64,000 nt of DNA from Bacteriovoracaceae bacterium (GTDB lineage: Bacteria > Bdellovibrionota > UBA1018), in NCBI GenBank assembly GCA_947447665.1, contig CANFJX010000008.1, forward strand, positions 69,149-133,148, in the 5' to 3' direction. Both the position numbers and the translations under genes were made by a program. Shown here piece by piece: positions 39,431 to 50,509 of this stretch (positions within the stretch are counted from its first letter, which is position 1; every line of letters starts with the position of its first letter). The notes below the pieces were generated by a model that did no database searches, was not told where the DNA came from, and worked only from the letters and a program-made list of their open reading frames with translations.

Positions 39431-40464
39431 TCACTTATCCCCTTCTCAGTCTTTGCAATTGCCTTCAGCTTTTTACCGAGGACATCATGTAAACAAGCCT
39501 TCCGCTTCTCATCCGTAAAAACAGGAAGCTGACATTTTGGTTCATCGAGATAGGCCGCCAAACTAGATGAAACACCCCAAGTGTTTTCTGACGAATTCTC
39601 AGCACTACAGTTTTTTTCTTCGACTTCTCCTAGGCACTTTAAGAGAGGAGACCAAACCGCTTGCACGCCTGAGTGAGCTAGCTCGCATGGACTCCAGGAC
39701 TGCGCTACGAGTCGGGTCATTTCAAAAGACGCCCGCTTTGAATCAAGCTCCATGAGTTTTAAGAACCCACCGCCCATTAAAAGCATCGGGGCCCCTTGAT
39801 CATCTCGAACCCATACTCCGATTCCCCGCCAACTCAAGTCAGGCTCCTCGACTGAGGCGTGAACCGGCTGTACGATTTTCAGTTCAGACACACGCTTTTC
39901 CATCGTCGCTCGCGCTTCTTTTGAGAGATTTTCAGCATGGTCCTTCAACCAGCTTGAGAGAATTTCTTTGGAGTGGTGAAAAGCTTTCACAGTGCGTCCC
40001 CACTCTTCAGGGGTGACCTGATTCTTAGTTACGCCTTCTCCTCGAAGCTCAAAGGACTGACAAACCCCATTCTTTTGAGCAAGACCGTGGGCCTGATGAT
40101 CTTGAGGCGAGAGCCTCAGCCCCCCACCCTTCTTATCAAGCCCGACTTGCGAGCCATCCATCTCATCACCATCATGCTCACCAGCATTCCCACCATCATG
40201 CCCACCAAGGGAGACCTCGACCGGCCTAGGGGCAGGGGCTGGGGTTGAGGACCAGACCTGACCTTCATGAGCTTCCGGTCCAGACTTCGAGCTGGATGAA
40301 TGGGAGGAAATTTTTCGTTGAAAAGCGCTAGACAACCCGGCCAAATCTGAACCTAACCGCTTAGGGAATTTTCCGATTCCAATGACAAAAATGATGGATA
40401 ATCCTGAAAAAAACAAGACCACTGGGATGACGACTCTAACCGTTTTCGGTGCCATAGGTACCAC
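39427..40464 (-). CDS. hypothetical membrane-anchored protein with a His/Asp/Gly-rich segment
   Basis: N-terminal TM. GGHDGGNAGEHDGDEMDG segment, possibly metal-binding. Confidence 0.4.
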   Translation of the reverse strand: MVPMAPKTVRVVIPVVLFFSGLSIIFVIGIGKFPKRLGSDLAGLSSAFQRKISSHSSSSKSGPEAHEGQVWSSTPAPAPRPVEVSLGGHDGGNAGEHDGDEMDGSQVGLDKKGGGLRLSPQDHQAHGLAQKNGVCQSFELRGEGVTKNQVTPEEWGRTVKAFHHSKEILSSWLKDHAENLSKEARATMEKRVSELKIVQPVHASVEEPDLSWRGIGVWVRDDQGAPMLLMGGGFLKLMELDSKRASFEMTRLVAQSWSPCELAHSGVQAVWSPLLKCLGEVEEKNCSAENSSENTWGVSSSLAAYLDEPKCQLPVFTDEKRKACLHDVLGKKLKAIAKTEKGISE

Positions 40465-40585
40465 TTTTCAAATTTTTTACTAAAATTAAAAACCTCAAAC
40501 TGTCCTCCTTATTTTTCGACAGATCCTGGCGTAAAATTAGAAAAATATTTGAATTCCCGTGAAAAAAAGGGATGATACGGGTCTT

Positions 40586-42502
40586 ATGTTTATCAAAAAG
40601 GTCTCTTATTGGGGTGTCATGTCCTGTGCTTTTCTCTTTGGCTGTCAAACGGCCTACCAAGCCACGGACTCTCAGGAGCCCCCTCGCTGGGAAGCTCCCT
40701 CCCGGCCCGAGGCCCATCCATCGACCCTAGAAACTTTAGCGATCCTCGGTACCAATGATATTCATGGCAACCTAGCCCCAATTCAAATGAAAACAGAAGA
40801 CGCAAAGAGTCAGATTTCATATGAAGCCGGGGGAGCTTCCACGTTAAGTGCCTACATTGACATCTTGAGATCCGAGTTTGGCGACCACCTCCTTTGGCTT
40901 GACGCTGGCGATGAGTTTCAAGGAACCCTCGAAAGCAATCCCTCGGGTGGGGCTACGATGGTTCAGTTTTTTAACTTTCAGAAACTTACAGCCGCGGCCA
41001 TTGGGAATCATGAGTTTGACTTTGGACTCCCTTCATTAAAAGAGCGAATGAAGGAAGCCCAATATCCCTTTCTCGCTGCAAATATTTTAGATGCAAAGAC
41101 GAGTGAGCGAGCCGCCCTCCCCAATACGTTGCCGCACCTCGTCGTGACTGCAGGAAATTTAAAAGTCGGAATTCTTGGGCTCTCCACCCTCGATACGCCG
41201 AAAACGACACGGGCTGCCAACGTCCAGTCACTCCGCTTCGAGAACTTAAAAACCGCAACACTCCGCGAGGTGGAGACGCTCCGCAAAAAAGGCGCGCAGA
41301 TCATCTTACTCACCGCCCATGTCGGCTTGGATTGCCCATCAGGTAGCCGAAACTCCGTAGCCTACCAACTTCGAAAACCGACTGACCTCCAAGAGGCCTG
41401 CAACACTCAAGACGAGATGGTAAAACTTATCGAATCCCTTCCCCCCGGAACAGTGGACGCAGTCGTGGCGGGACACTCACACACCATCGTTCATCACTGG
41501 ATTGCCGGGGTGCCCGTGGTTCAAGCGGGATCTTATGGTCGTTATTTAAATGTGATTTACCTCAGCTACGACACCTCAACTCACCGAATCATCCCAGAAG
41601 AATCTCGAATCGAAGGCCCTATACCTGTTTGCACCCACGTTTTTCAGAACCAAAACGATTGCAATGGGGATCGTCCCGCACCAAGAAATGGGAGAGGTCC
41701 TTTGGTTACCCCGAGATTCCATGGCAAACCCGTTCTACCCTCAGAGCGAGTCAAAGAATTGATCGACCCGATCCTCAAAACAGCAGACCAGTACAAAAAA
41801 AGGCCGGTCGGTTGGGCTGCTCATAAACTCGAACACTTCCTCTCAGCAGAGTCACCCTTGGGGAATCTCATGGCTGATGCGATACGCCAAAACACCCGAT
41901 CAGATTTTGCACTCATCAACTCAGGCGGGATCCGAGCTGCTCTCCAGCCTGGCACGATTACCTATGGCGATATCTTTAGAACCATGCCGTTTGATAATGC
42001 CATTGCGACGCTGCGAGTGACAGGCCGCGAACTGACTCATATCCTCAGAGTAGCAGAGAGCGGCTCACGGGGCCTCGCTTCGGTGTCCGGACTGACGCTC
42101 AAACTCATCGATTTATCCATGGAGGCCCCCATCGATGACCTCTCCGGTGAGGGGAAGTATGAAGTCTGGGAAACCAACCGCTTGCTCGACGTGCGAAAAT
42201 CCAACGGAGATGCCTTAATCCCTCAACAATACTACACTTTAGCCACAGTGGATTTCATCGTCGCCGGAGGTGATGATATGAAATGGCCAATGTCCAAGAT
42301 CCCGAGAGATCGAGTTCAGCCTGACACGGGCACCCTCATTCGGGACGCACTCGTGCAGTATGTTGAAAAAAGCGGTCCCATCAATACGGAGACTCATCCC
42401 ATGGTGGACCCAGAACACCCTCGAATCAGCTTTGGACGCTCCCTGCTCAAGAAAAACACCCGCCCTCACCGCCACCGGAAGCACCCTAAAAGAAGGGGCT
42501 GA
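40586..42502 (+). CDS. bifunctional metallophosphatase/5'-nucleotidase (UshA/CD73 family) lipoprotein
   Basis: Lipobox (CAFLFGCQ). GTNDIHGNL, GNHEFD and GHSH metallophosphatase motifs, then a C-terminal 5'-nucleotidase domain. Confidence 0.85.
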   Translation: MFIKKVSYWGVMSCAFLFGCQTAYQATDSQEPPRWEAPSRPEAHPSTLETLAILGTNDIHGNLAPIQMKTEDAKSQISYEAGGASTLSAYIDILRSEFGDHLLWLDAGDEFQGTLESNPSGGATMVQFFNFQKLTAAAIGNHEFDFGLPSLKERMKEAQYPFLAANILDAKTSERAALPNTLPHLVVTAGNLKVGILGLSTLDTPKTTRAANVQSLRFENLKTATLREVETLRKKGAQIILLTAHVGLDCPSGSRNSVAYQLRKPTDLQEACNTQDEMVKLIESLPPGTVDAVVAGHSHTIVHHWIAGVPVVQAGSYGRYLNVIYLSYDTSTHRIIPEESRIEGPIPVCTHVFQNQNDCNGDRPAPRNGRGPLVTPRFHGKPVLPSERVKELIDPILKTADQYKKRPVGWAAHKLEHFLSAESPLGNLMADAIRQNTRSDFALINSGGIRAALQPGTITYGDIFRTMPFDNAIATLRVTGRELTHILRVAESGSRGLASVSGLTLKLIDLSMEAPIDDLSGEGKYEVWETNRLLDVRKSNGDALIPQQYYTLATVDFIVAGGDDMKWPMSKIPRDRVQPDTGTLIRDALVQYVEKSGPINTETHPMVDPEHPRISFGRSLLKKNTRPHRHRKHPKRRG

Positions 42503-42534
42503 ACTCGAAATCAAGTTTGTGGTAAGCTCTTGGA

Positions 42535-44799
42535 ATGAAACCTGAACGCCACCCTTTTTCTGGTAGTGAGATTCTTGGTTCGATTGATCAGGCCGTAAAA
42601 AAGGACTTTGAGTCCAACCGGCGCATCCTTTCTTTCGAGGACTACCTCGGACTGGTCGCAGAAAATCCAAAGCAACAAACCCGGGGAGTCGCCCAATACA
42701 CGGTCGACATGATGGATCACTATGGGACCGAACCGGCATCCGAGTCTCAAATCAGGGCAGGGAGTGCTCATCCACGATTTAAGCTCTTTGACTTTCCGAT
42801 TGATGGAATCGCCCCTAAAGTCGTTGGCCACGAGGCGGTTCAAAATCATTTATACAAAACCCTGAAGGCCTTCGCTCGCCAGGGGCTCAACAATAAGCTC
42901 ATCCTTTTACATGGGCCCAATGGTAGCGCAAAAAGCTCAATGATCCATGCAGTCATGGCAGGGTTGGAGAATTATTCAAAACTTCCCGAGGGCGCTCTCT
43001 ACAGTTTCAATTGGGTATTTCCACTTGAACATTATACCAAGGGAAATATTGGGATCAATACCTACGCATCGAAGAGGGAGAACCTCACCTCTTATGCTCG
43101 CATCCCAGACGAGGAAATTGCGGCGCGCGTTCCCTGCGATCTCAAGGATCATCCACTCCTAGTGATACCTCAAGAGCAGAGAAAATCTTTCTTGGAACAT
43201 CTCCTCGGCGAAGATAAAGCCCAGGAGCTCTGGGGTCACCTCCCTCATTACCTAACCAAAGGTGATCTCTGTCACCGGTGTAAACAAATTTTTGATGTCC
43301 TGATCACCTCCAACGGCGGGGACTTCAAAAAAGTCCTCATGAACATTCAGGTCGAGAGGACTTACTTTGCTCGACGCTACCGAAAGGGACTCGTCACGAT
43401 TGAGCCTCAGCTCCACGTCGATGCTCAATATCAGCAACTTTCGATTAATAAAAACTTGGCATCTCTCCCTGCATCGCTCCAAAGCCTCAACCTTTTCACC
43501 CTCACCGGCGATCTCGTCGATGGCAATCGAGGACTGGTCGAGTACAGCGATCTCCTAAAAAGACCCGTCGATTCGTTTAAATATTTACTGAGTGCTTGCG
43601 AGACTGGAGCCGTCAATATCGGAAATACGATCGCCTATCTAGACACTCTCCTTCTGGGCTCTGCCAATGAGATTCAGCTCGATGCCTTCAAAGAGTTCCC
43701 GGACTTTACAAGCTTCAAAGCCCGAATCGAACTCATTCGAGTCCCCTATCTCCTCTCAACGAGCGATGAACAAGAGATTTACGAAGCTCAGCTTCAGCAA
43801 ATGGCGGGTGAAAAGCACGTAGCCCCTCACGTGTCCTGGACGCTCGCACTCTGGGCTGTGCTCACCCGACTCAAGAAACCTAATAGTATCAATTTTGCAC
43901 CGAACGTCAGCAGCCTAGTGGCTGCGCTCCGTCCCTTGGAAAAAGCTAAGCTCTACGACACCGGGGAACTCCCGAGCAACATCACTCCCGAAGAACGAAA
44001 GGTGCTCCGAGCCTCATTAGCTAAGCTTCGTGATGAATATACGAATGTCCCTTATTACGAAGGTCGAATGGGAGCATCGGCTCGAGAACTAAAAACCGTA
44101 CTTTTCGATGCAGCCCAAAACCCTGATTTTGCATGCCTCTCTCCGCTGGCCGTCCTCCGCGAGATCGAGGAACTCACCAAGCGAACGAGCGAGTATGAGT
44201 TTTTGAAACAAGACGTCAAAGACGGCTATCACAGCTCCATGGAGTTCATCCAACTCGTGCGCACGGAGTACATTAATCGAATTGATCGAGAGGTCCGTGA
44301 CTCAATCGGAATCTACGACTCTGCGCAGTGGGAGGAGTTCCTTAAGAAATATGTCCTCCAAATTTCGATCGCAATTAAGAAGGAAAAAGTCAAAAATCCG
44401 ATCACAGGCAAAATGGAAGACCCGGATTTTGCCCTGATTTCAGAGTTTGAAAAGATTGTCGGGGCGCCCGAGGAGTCTCGTGAAAAAGACTCCTTCCGAC
44501 AAAACATCATCTCTCAAATCGGAGTCTGGTCGCTTGATCACCCAAAAGAAACGATGAACTACGCCAAAGTTTTTCCAGACTTTTGGCGGAAGCTTGAAAA
44601 GCATTATTTCGAATCCCAAAAGGCCCTTCTCACTAAGATGAGTGATGCTCTCCTGGTCTACGACACCAGTGCTTCCGACCCGAGTTCGGAGGGCGGCATC
44701 CTGGCTCGGCAGACAGTAGAAAACATGAAATCCAAGCAAGGTTACTGTCAGTCTTGCGCACGTGAGGTCATCACCTTTTTGATGCAACAAAGGTACTGA
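42535..44799 (+). CDS. prkA: PrkA-family serine protein kinase (AAA-type P-loop)
   Basis: N-terminal PrkA pattern (ILSFEDYLGLVAENP...AQYTVDMMDHYG), Walker A (LHGPNGSAKSS), 754 aa. Confidence 0.8.
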   Translation: MKPERHPFSGSEILGSIDQAVKKDFESNRRILSFEDYLGLVAENPKQQTRGVAQYTVDMMDHYGTEPASESQIRAGSAHPRFKLFDFPIDGIAPKVVGHEAVQNHLYKTLKAFARQGLNNKLILLHGPNGSAKSSMIHAVMAGLENYSKLPEGALYSFNWVFPLEHYTKGNIGINTYASKRENLTSYARIPDEEIAARVPCDLKDHPLLVIPQEQRKSFLEHLLGEDKAQELWGHLPHYLTKGDLCHRCKQIFDVLITSNGGDFKKVLMNIQVERTYFARRYRKGLVTIEPQLHVDAQYQQLSINKNLASLPASLQSLNLFTLTGDLVDGNRGLVEYSDLLKRPVDSFKYLLSACETGAVNIGNTIAYLDTLLLGSANEIQLDAFKEFPDFTSFKARIELIRVPYLLSTSDEQEIYEAQLQQMAGEKHVAPHVSWTLALWAVLTRLKKPNSINFAPNVSSLVAALRPLEKAKLYDTGELPSNITPEERKVLRASLAKLRDEYTNVPYYEGRMGASARELKTVLFDAAQNPDFACLSPLAVLREIEELTKRTSEYEFLKQDVKDGYHSSMEFIQLVRTEYINRIDREVRDSIGIYDSAQWEEFLKKYVLQISIAIKKEKVKNPITGKMEDPDFALISEFEKIVGAPEESREKDSFRQNIISQIGVWSLDHPKETMNYAKVFPDFWRKLEKHYFESQKALLTKMSDALLVYDTSASDPSSEGGILARQTVENMKSKQGYCQSCAREVITFLMQQRY

Positions 44800-44816
44800 T
44801 CCATGAGTAAGAACCG

Positions 44817-45842
44817 ATGAACGTGTCCCACACTCTCACGTCTGATCAGTATTTAGTCACGCACTCAGTTGGCCCAAATCAACACGGCATCCGCTTGGAC
44901 TCATTTCTTAAGGAGCGATACCGAAAACGCTCAAGAGAACAACTCAAGCGAGCGATCGATGCCGGCATCGTGACCATCAAGAGAAACCAAAGCCCTCACC
45001 TCACCTTGGGTCGAACCAAGCCAAGCTATCAGCTCGTCCCTGGAGATGAAATCCTCGTCTTAACTGAACGAAAGCCTGAGCCCGATGTCTCGTTCGATTA
45101 TCAAATTCTTTTTGAGGATGAGAGCCTTTTCGTGATTAATAAGCCCGCCAACCTTCCTGTCCATCCGGCGGGCCGTTATTTTTTCAATACACTACTGATC
45201 CACCTCAAGACGCAGGGACACCAAAATCCACTCAAAATCGAGCACGAATTTTTTCTTGCTCACCGGATCGATAAAGAAACTAGTGGAGTTTTGGTTCTCA
45301 CAAAAACTAAAGAGGGCTGTGCCCATATTACTCGACAATTTGCTGAAAGAACGACGCAAAAACGTTATTTGGCGATTGTCCGGGGTGTTTGCCCGGAGCA
45401 GTTCGATGTCCCATTGGCAATGAATCGCGCGACGAACTCACTGATCGAACTAAAGATGGCCCCCCTACCTGAGAGTGAGGGAGGATTACCCTCCTTCACG
45501 GCTTTTAAGCGCCTTCAAACCAACGGACACTTCTCACTCGTCGAGTGTTTTCCAAAAACAGGGCGGCAACATCAAATCCGAGTCCACCTCGATGCGGTCG
45601 GACATCCCATCGTGGGAGATAAACTTTACGGCCTACCCGAACGAGAAGCACTCAGGTTCTACGAACGCCAGCATTTAACGCCCGAGGCGGAGGCTCAGCT
45701 CCTGCTTCCTCGACATGCGCTGCACGCTTCGTCGATTCGATTCACGCACCCCACGACCGGCAAGCGAATGGAATTCTCAGCGCCACTCACGGGAGACCTT
45801 CAAACCTTTATCGACACCACCACAGAGCCCTGGAGGGCATGA
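44817..45842 (+). CDS. RluA-family 23S rRNA pseudouridine synthase (RluD-like) with an N-terminal S4 domain
   Basis: S4-like N-terminus (RLDSFLKERY...), catalytic HRIDKETSGVLVL and an RluA-family C-terminus. Confidence 0.85.
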   Translation: MNVSHTLTSDQYLVTHSVGPNQHGIRLDSFLKERYRKRSREQLKRAIDAGIVTIKRNQSPHLTLGRTKPSYQLVPGDEILVLTERKPEPDVSFDYQILFEDESLFVINKPANLPVHPAGRYFFNTLLIHLKTQGHQNPLKIEHEFFLAHRIDKETSGVLVLTKTKEGCAHITRQFAERTTQKRYLAIVRGVCPEQFDVPLAMNRATNSLIELKMAPLPESEGGLPSFTAFKRLQTNGHFSLVECFPKTGRQHQIRVHLDAVGHPIVGDKLYGLPEREALRFYERQHLTPEAEAQLLLPRHALHASSIRFTHPTTGKRMEFSAPLTGDLQTFIDTTTEPWRA

Positions 45843-46420
45843 TGACGAGCAACCCGTTCGAACTATTTCAACTCTGGTTTCAGGAAGCGAAATCCCAGCA
45901 ACCCAAATATCCCGAAGCCATGACGCTGGCAACGTCCACACCCGACGGAAGCCCCTCGGCTCGAATGGTCCTGTTCAGAGGGCTCAACTCAAAGGGGATT
46001 TGTTTCTATACCAATTACGAGAGTCGAAAGTCCCGAGAGCTTCTCGCAAATCCTCGTGCGGCCCTCGTGTTTTACTGGTCTGTGCTGGATCGGCAGATTC
46101 GCGTCGAAGGTAGAATTGAAAAAACAACTGAACAGGAATCTGATGATTATTGGAATTCTCGCCCTCGAGACAGTCGCATCAGTGCCCTCTCCTCCGAACA
46201 AAGCCGAGAGATCTCGAGCCGTGAGGAATTAGAGAATCGCTTTTTTGAACTCCAGCAAAAACATAAAGACCAAACCGTCCCCAGACCCCCCCACTGGGGA
46301 GGTTTCTGCCTCGTTCCAGATCGTTTTGAATTTTGGGTGGAGGGAGCGCATCGTCTCCACGATCGATTCCTCTATACCCGAAGCGGAGAAGGCTGGATGC
46401 TCAAGCGCCTCTCCCCCTGA
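45839..46420 (+). CDS. pdxH: pyridoxamine 5'-phosphate oxidase PdxH
   Basis: NPFELFQLWFQEAK, MTLATSTPDGSPSARMVLFRG, RIEG...ESDDYWNSRPRDSRI and C-terminal WGG. Overlaps the upstream gene by 4 nt. Confidence 0.85.
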   Translation: MMTSNPFELFQLWFQEAKSQQPKYPEAMTLATSTPDGSPSARMVLFRGLNSKGICFYTNYESRKSRELLANPRAALVFYWSVLDRQIRVEGRIEKTTEQESDDYWNSRPRDSRISALSSEQSREISSREELENRFFELQQKHKDQTVPRPPHWGGFCLVPDRFEFWVEGAHRLHDRFLYTRSGEGWMLKRLSP

Positions 46421-47225
46421 GACGAGACTCAATCAGTCGCTCTGCCATCTCGACAAAGCCCGCGCCGCACTCGCGTTGAGTGATCCAAGTGGGGAAGAAC
46501 TGAAGTCGATCGAAGTATTTTTTTAAATTCGACACTCCTACCGAATATTTAAAAGTCGCGAACAAGGGTTCATCATTGGGAGAATCCCCAATATAAAGCC
46601 AACTCTCTATCGGAGGAGCAGAGCGATTCTGAGCCTGACTCAACCAGTGATCAAAGCCCTTTTTTTTGTCGTAATCACCAAACCACACGTTAACATGAAT
46701 ACTGGAAAGCTTGGCATGAGCTCCACGATCTCGACAAAACTGAAGCAATCTCTGAACTTCATCCTCAGGCCAGGGTGAAACGTCCTCGCAAATATCAATC
46801 GCAAGATCGAATTCACGGTAAGCCTGATCCGAAGCGGGCCGAGACTGAGGAAATAGGATCTGAATTTCTTTGCCGAGATCCTTTAACTTTTGTTGAAGCA
46901 CTGAATCCGAATCGCCCTTAGGAGTGTCGAGTCGCCGCTTCACGGTGTGGGCGTCTGAACCTGATTGATCAACAAAAAAAGTAAACGCACCGTTCTCCCC
47001 CACTACGGCATCGACGGGCCAGAAGCGAGCAATCAGGTCGCACCAACCTGCCGGGCGGCCCGTGATGGGGACCACATAGAATCCAGCTTCCTTCAGCTTC
47101 CAGAGGGCTCCGTAAGCCTCAGCGGTGAGCTGACCTTCGGTCGAGAGCGTATCGTCAATATCAAGGCAAACCCCTTGGATTTGAGCTAATTGCTGATGCT
47201 GAGATTTTCCAAACGGATGGGGCAT
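46401..47225 (-). CDS. HAD-IIB family hydrolase (sugar-phosphate phosphatase-like)
   Basis: DIDDTL motif I, ITGRP motif II and a C-terminal GDSPND motif. Confidence 0.65.
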   Translation of the reverse strand: MPHPFGKSQHQQLAQIQGVCLDIDDTLSTEGQLTAEAYGALWKLKEAGFYVVPITGRPAGWCDLIARFWPVDAVVGENGAFTFFVDQSGSDAHTVKRRLDTPKGDSDSVLQQKLKDLGKEIQILFPQSRPASDQAYREFDLAIDICEDVSPWPEDEVQRLLQFCRDRGAHAKLSSIHVNVWFGDYDKKKGFDHWLSQAQNRSAPPIESWLYIGDSPNDEPLFATFKYSVGVSNLKKYFDRLQFFPTWITQRECGAGFVEMAERLIESRLRGRGA

Positions 47226-48262
47226 GAGAGGTGGCACTGGGTCTTCTCCTTCTCGCAAGGTTCAACATGAATATTCACCGAGGTTTCGTAAAAAGCCCCC
47301 GAGAGCTTAGCCTCCATCTGATCACAAACCGAGTGTGAATCATTGACCGTCATATGACCACAGACCACGAGATGAAAGTCGATATGGCGAGTAGCGCCGC
47401 TCTTACGAGTACGAAGGTCATGAACCTCCAAGGAGGGCGCTTGGAAGCCACTCAGCAGTTCTCGAATCTGCTGAATTTCACTCTCAGGCAACTGAGTATC
47501 GGTGAGCTCCAAAACCGCGCCGCGAACCTGACGTAAGGATACATAGAGAATATAGATCGCCACGGAAAAGGCCGTCACCGAATCAATCCAGAGCCAGCCC
47601 GTCAGCCGCAACAGCACCAGAGCAACCAACACACCAACTGAGGAGACCACGTCGGATAAAAAATGAACCGAGTTCACCTGCAAGGCGCTACTCTCAGTGC
47701 TATCTGCCACTCGAGAGTTATGAAGAAAAACATAATAACTCAACCCAATCGATATCGCGATCACGCCTACTGCAAGACCAGGATAGAGGACCACCTCTGG
47801 ATGAAGCAAGTGATCGACCCCCTCATAAAAAATCAAGGCTGCTGCAAAAATTAACAGCAGCGACTCAAAGAGGCTTGATAAGGTCTCGATTTTGCCATGA
47901 CCAAAAGGATGCTCCGCATCAGCAGGTTTGCCAGCCTCCCGGATCGAGAAGTACGAAACCGCAGCAGAGACCAGATCCAAGCCCGAGTGAATCCCCTCGG
48001 ATAGGACGCCTACCGAATGAGAGAGCCAGGCAGCTCCCAGTTTGAGTGCTGTCAACACGAGAGTCGCCCCAAGAGCCAGGGACGCCGCTTGATGCCTTGC
48101 CTTAAGGGTAATAAGCCACCCCTCCCGAAATCGAAGTGTCCGAGCTGTTGATGCCCACCGTGATTTCAAACACGCTTCTAAAATGCTGACTATGTTGGAA
48201 AATCGATCCCACGGAGATAGACGACATCCACTGATAAAGTCCCGCACCCATCTGAACTCCAA
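47186..48262 (-). CDS. cation diffusion facilitator (CDF) family transporter
   Basis: Six TM helices plus a C-terminal cytoplasmic domain; HSGLD and HLVVCGHM motifs. The true start is probably internal (near 48100, non-ATG), because the upstream minus-strand OMP ORF overlaps 48102-48262. Confidence 0.7.
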   Translation of the reverse strand: MEFRWVRDFISGCRLSPWDRFSNIVSILEACLKSRWASTARTLRFREGWLITLKARHQAASLALGATLVLTALKLGAAWLSHSVGVLSEGIHSGLDLVSAAVSYFSIREAGKPADAEHPFGHGKIETLSSLFESLLLIFAAALIFYEGVDHLLHPEVVLYPGLAVGVIAISIGLSYYVFLHNSRVADSTESSALQVNSVHFLSDVVSSVGVLVALVLLRLTGWLWIDSVTAFSVAIYILYVSLRQVRGAVLELTDTQLPESEIQQIRELLSGFQAPSLEVHDLRTRKSGATRHIDFHLVVCGHMTVNDSHSVCDQMEAKLSGAFYETSVNIHVEPCEKEKTQCHLSCPIRLENLSISN

Positions 48263-48746
48263 GCGGAATCACTGAAAATGGTTCGACCGCCTGGACGTAA
48301 TCTGAAGTCACTGCAAAACTTTTATGAATATAGGCAAATCCCGTCGCTTGAAAAACCGCTAAGTTCGCCCACTCCACCAACATCCCCTTCGCGCCAAACC
48401 CCACGCCAGGCTGCTTGCCCGCGTCAGGAAATACGTCAAACGTCGCCGCACCCCCGATGCGGAGGCCCTTCGTTCCTGAGCCGGTGCCAAAGATCCCCGT
48501 CAAATTCGACGACTCTGAAATGCCACGGGTATACCGTAAATTCATCCCGAGACTCCCCCCCTGATTAAAAACCACCTCAGGTTCAAGCCCAACGGTAAAT
48601 TGATCTTGCGAGACGAAATGGGGCATCGTAAAAAAGCCAGCCCAGGCAGCGTGGGGAGACAACTGACTAAGTAAAGCGAAGGCAACTAGTCCTACTGCCC
48701 CTAGGCTAAACTTTTTTCTCAAGGTGGATGCACTAAAATGATTCAT
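48102..48746 (-). CDS. putative small outer-membrane beta-barrel protein
   Basis: Signal peptide (VGLVAFALLSQLSPHAAWA), alternating hydrophobic beta-strand pattern, aromatic-rich C-terminus. Confidence 0.45.
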   Translation of the reverse strand: MNHFSASTLRKKFSLGAVGLVAFALLSQLSPHAAWAGFFTMPHFVSQDQFTVGLEPEVVFNQGGSLGMNLRYTRGISESSNLTGIFGTGSGTKGLRIGGAATFDVFPDAGKQPGVGFGAKGMLVEWANLAVFQATGFAYIHKSFAVTSDYVQAVEPFSVIPLGVQMGAGLYQWMSSISVGSIFQHSQHFRSVFEITVGINSSDTSISGGVAYYP

Positions 48747-48844
48747 GACTGCCCTCCGAGCCAGTTGGGTTTTACTAGTTCAAACTCGTCCCTCAAAAGT
48801 CCTTCCCTACTGCCCGTAAGTCAATGATTTTTTGAGGAAACTGA

Positions 48845-49759
<915 letters not shown>

Positions 49760-49857
49760 AAACTGGATGAATTGAGTATTGACACGATCGCTGTTTCTTT
49801 GTATCCAAACAGGACATTTCTGACTTTCCCCAGGATCTCTAGCTGGGGACATCATGT

Positions 49858-49934
49858 GGTGGCCATAGCTCAGTTGGTAGAGCACCGGATTGTGATTCCG
49901 GTGGTCGCGGGTTCGAGCCCCGTTGGTCACCCCA
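49858..49934 (+). tRNA. tRNA-His (anticodon GTG), with G-1 and encoded CCA
   Basis: Cloverleaf checked by hand: acceptor GTGGCCA/TGGTCAC, D stem GCTC/GAGC, anticodon stem CCGGA/TCCGG with loop TTGTGAT, T stem GCGGG/CCCGT with loop TTCGAGC. An extra 5' G pairs with discriminator C, as is His-specific. Confidence 0.9.
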
Positions 49935-49986
49935 AATTTTAGTTAAACCAAACCCGTGTCCTCCGGTTCTTTACGCTTCATGGTGG
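49924..49986. repeat. copy 1 of a 63-bp direct repeat spanning the last 11 nt of tRNA-His plus 52 downstream nt (att-like)
   Basis: 60/63 identical to 50848-50910. Seen directly. Confidence 0.6.
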
Positions 49987-50155
49987 ACGCGTGTCCGAAA
50001 GCCTTCAGGAGGAAGCGTTTAGGGCCATGAATGCGTGCCGTAACTAATTCTAGCTCGGCTTGGGATTTGCCAATGACCTCTTCAAAGACCCGACCTTTGT
50101 TGTGGTTCACGATGATGGTGACGAATTTCTGGGATCGAAGTCCAGTGGGCAACAA
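49943..50155 (-). CDS. small conserved hypothetical protein (70 aa); paralog of the ORF at 50867-51046
   Basis: Ends ...STMKRKEPEDTGLV inside the repeat. The core FVTIIVNHNKGRVFEEVIGKSQAEL is ~70% identical to the second copy. Confidence 0.4.
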   Translation of the reverse strand: MLPTGLRSQKFVTIIVNHNKGRVFEEVIGKSQAELELVTARIHGPKRFLLKAFGHASTMKRKEPEDTGLV

Positions 50156-50272
50156 ATCAGCTCAAATGCCATCCATCCGATGCAGTTGCTAAAATTGGCC
50201 CCTGGTTCAATGGCGCAGATGGGACCTCAACTCAATAACTCTGCTGACCTCAAATTCCGCTTGTCAATTGAG

Positions 50273-50509
50273 TTAAGCCGCATCCTTGAGGCGCCTTACA
50301 CCATCTGCAATCAAAAGACGCATGAGCACCTGATAGGGAACACCGCGCTCTTGGGCGAGACTTTTAAGTTCTCCTAAAAGCTCATCTTCAAGGGCAACAC
50401 TGGTCGGCTTGCGGCGAGCACCCTTAAGACGGCTCATACCCTCAATAATTTCTTTAGGGTCAAACTCTACCTTATCGTATTCCTTCAAGCGTTTTGCGTA
50501 CTTCTTCAT
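50273..50509 (-). CDS. brnA: BrnA-type antitoxin (ribbon-helix-helix/CopG-like)
   Basis: MKKYAKRLKEYDKVEFDPKE...RKPTSVALEDELLGELKSLAQERGVPYQVLMRLLIADGVRRL is the typical BrnA architecture. Overlaps the upstream toxin gene by ~38 nt. Confidence 0.7.
   Translation of the reverse strand: MKKYAKRLKEYDKVEFDPKEIIEGMSRLKGARRKPTSVALEDELLGELKSLAQERGVPYQVLMRLLIADGVRRLKDAA

Noticed and set aside
45715-46113. 132-aa Arg/Ser-rich ORF overlapping the end of the pseudouridine synthase gene and most of pdxH
   Set aside because: Alternative frame over two genes with strong family signatures. Low-complexity composition.
50060-50377. 105-aa plus-strand ORF across the BrnA region
   Set aside because: Antisense to brnA and the small conserved ORF, both of which have recognisable protein signatures.
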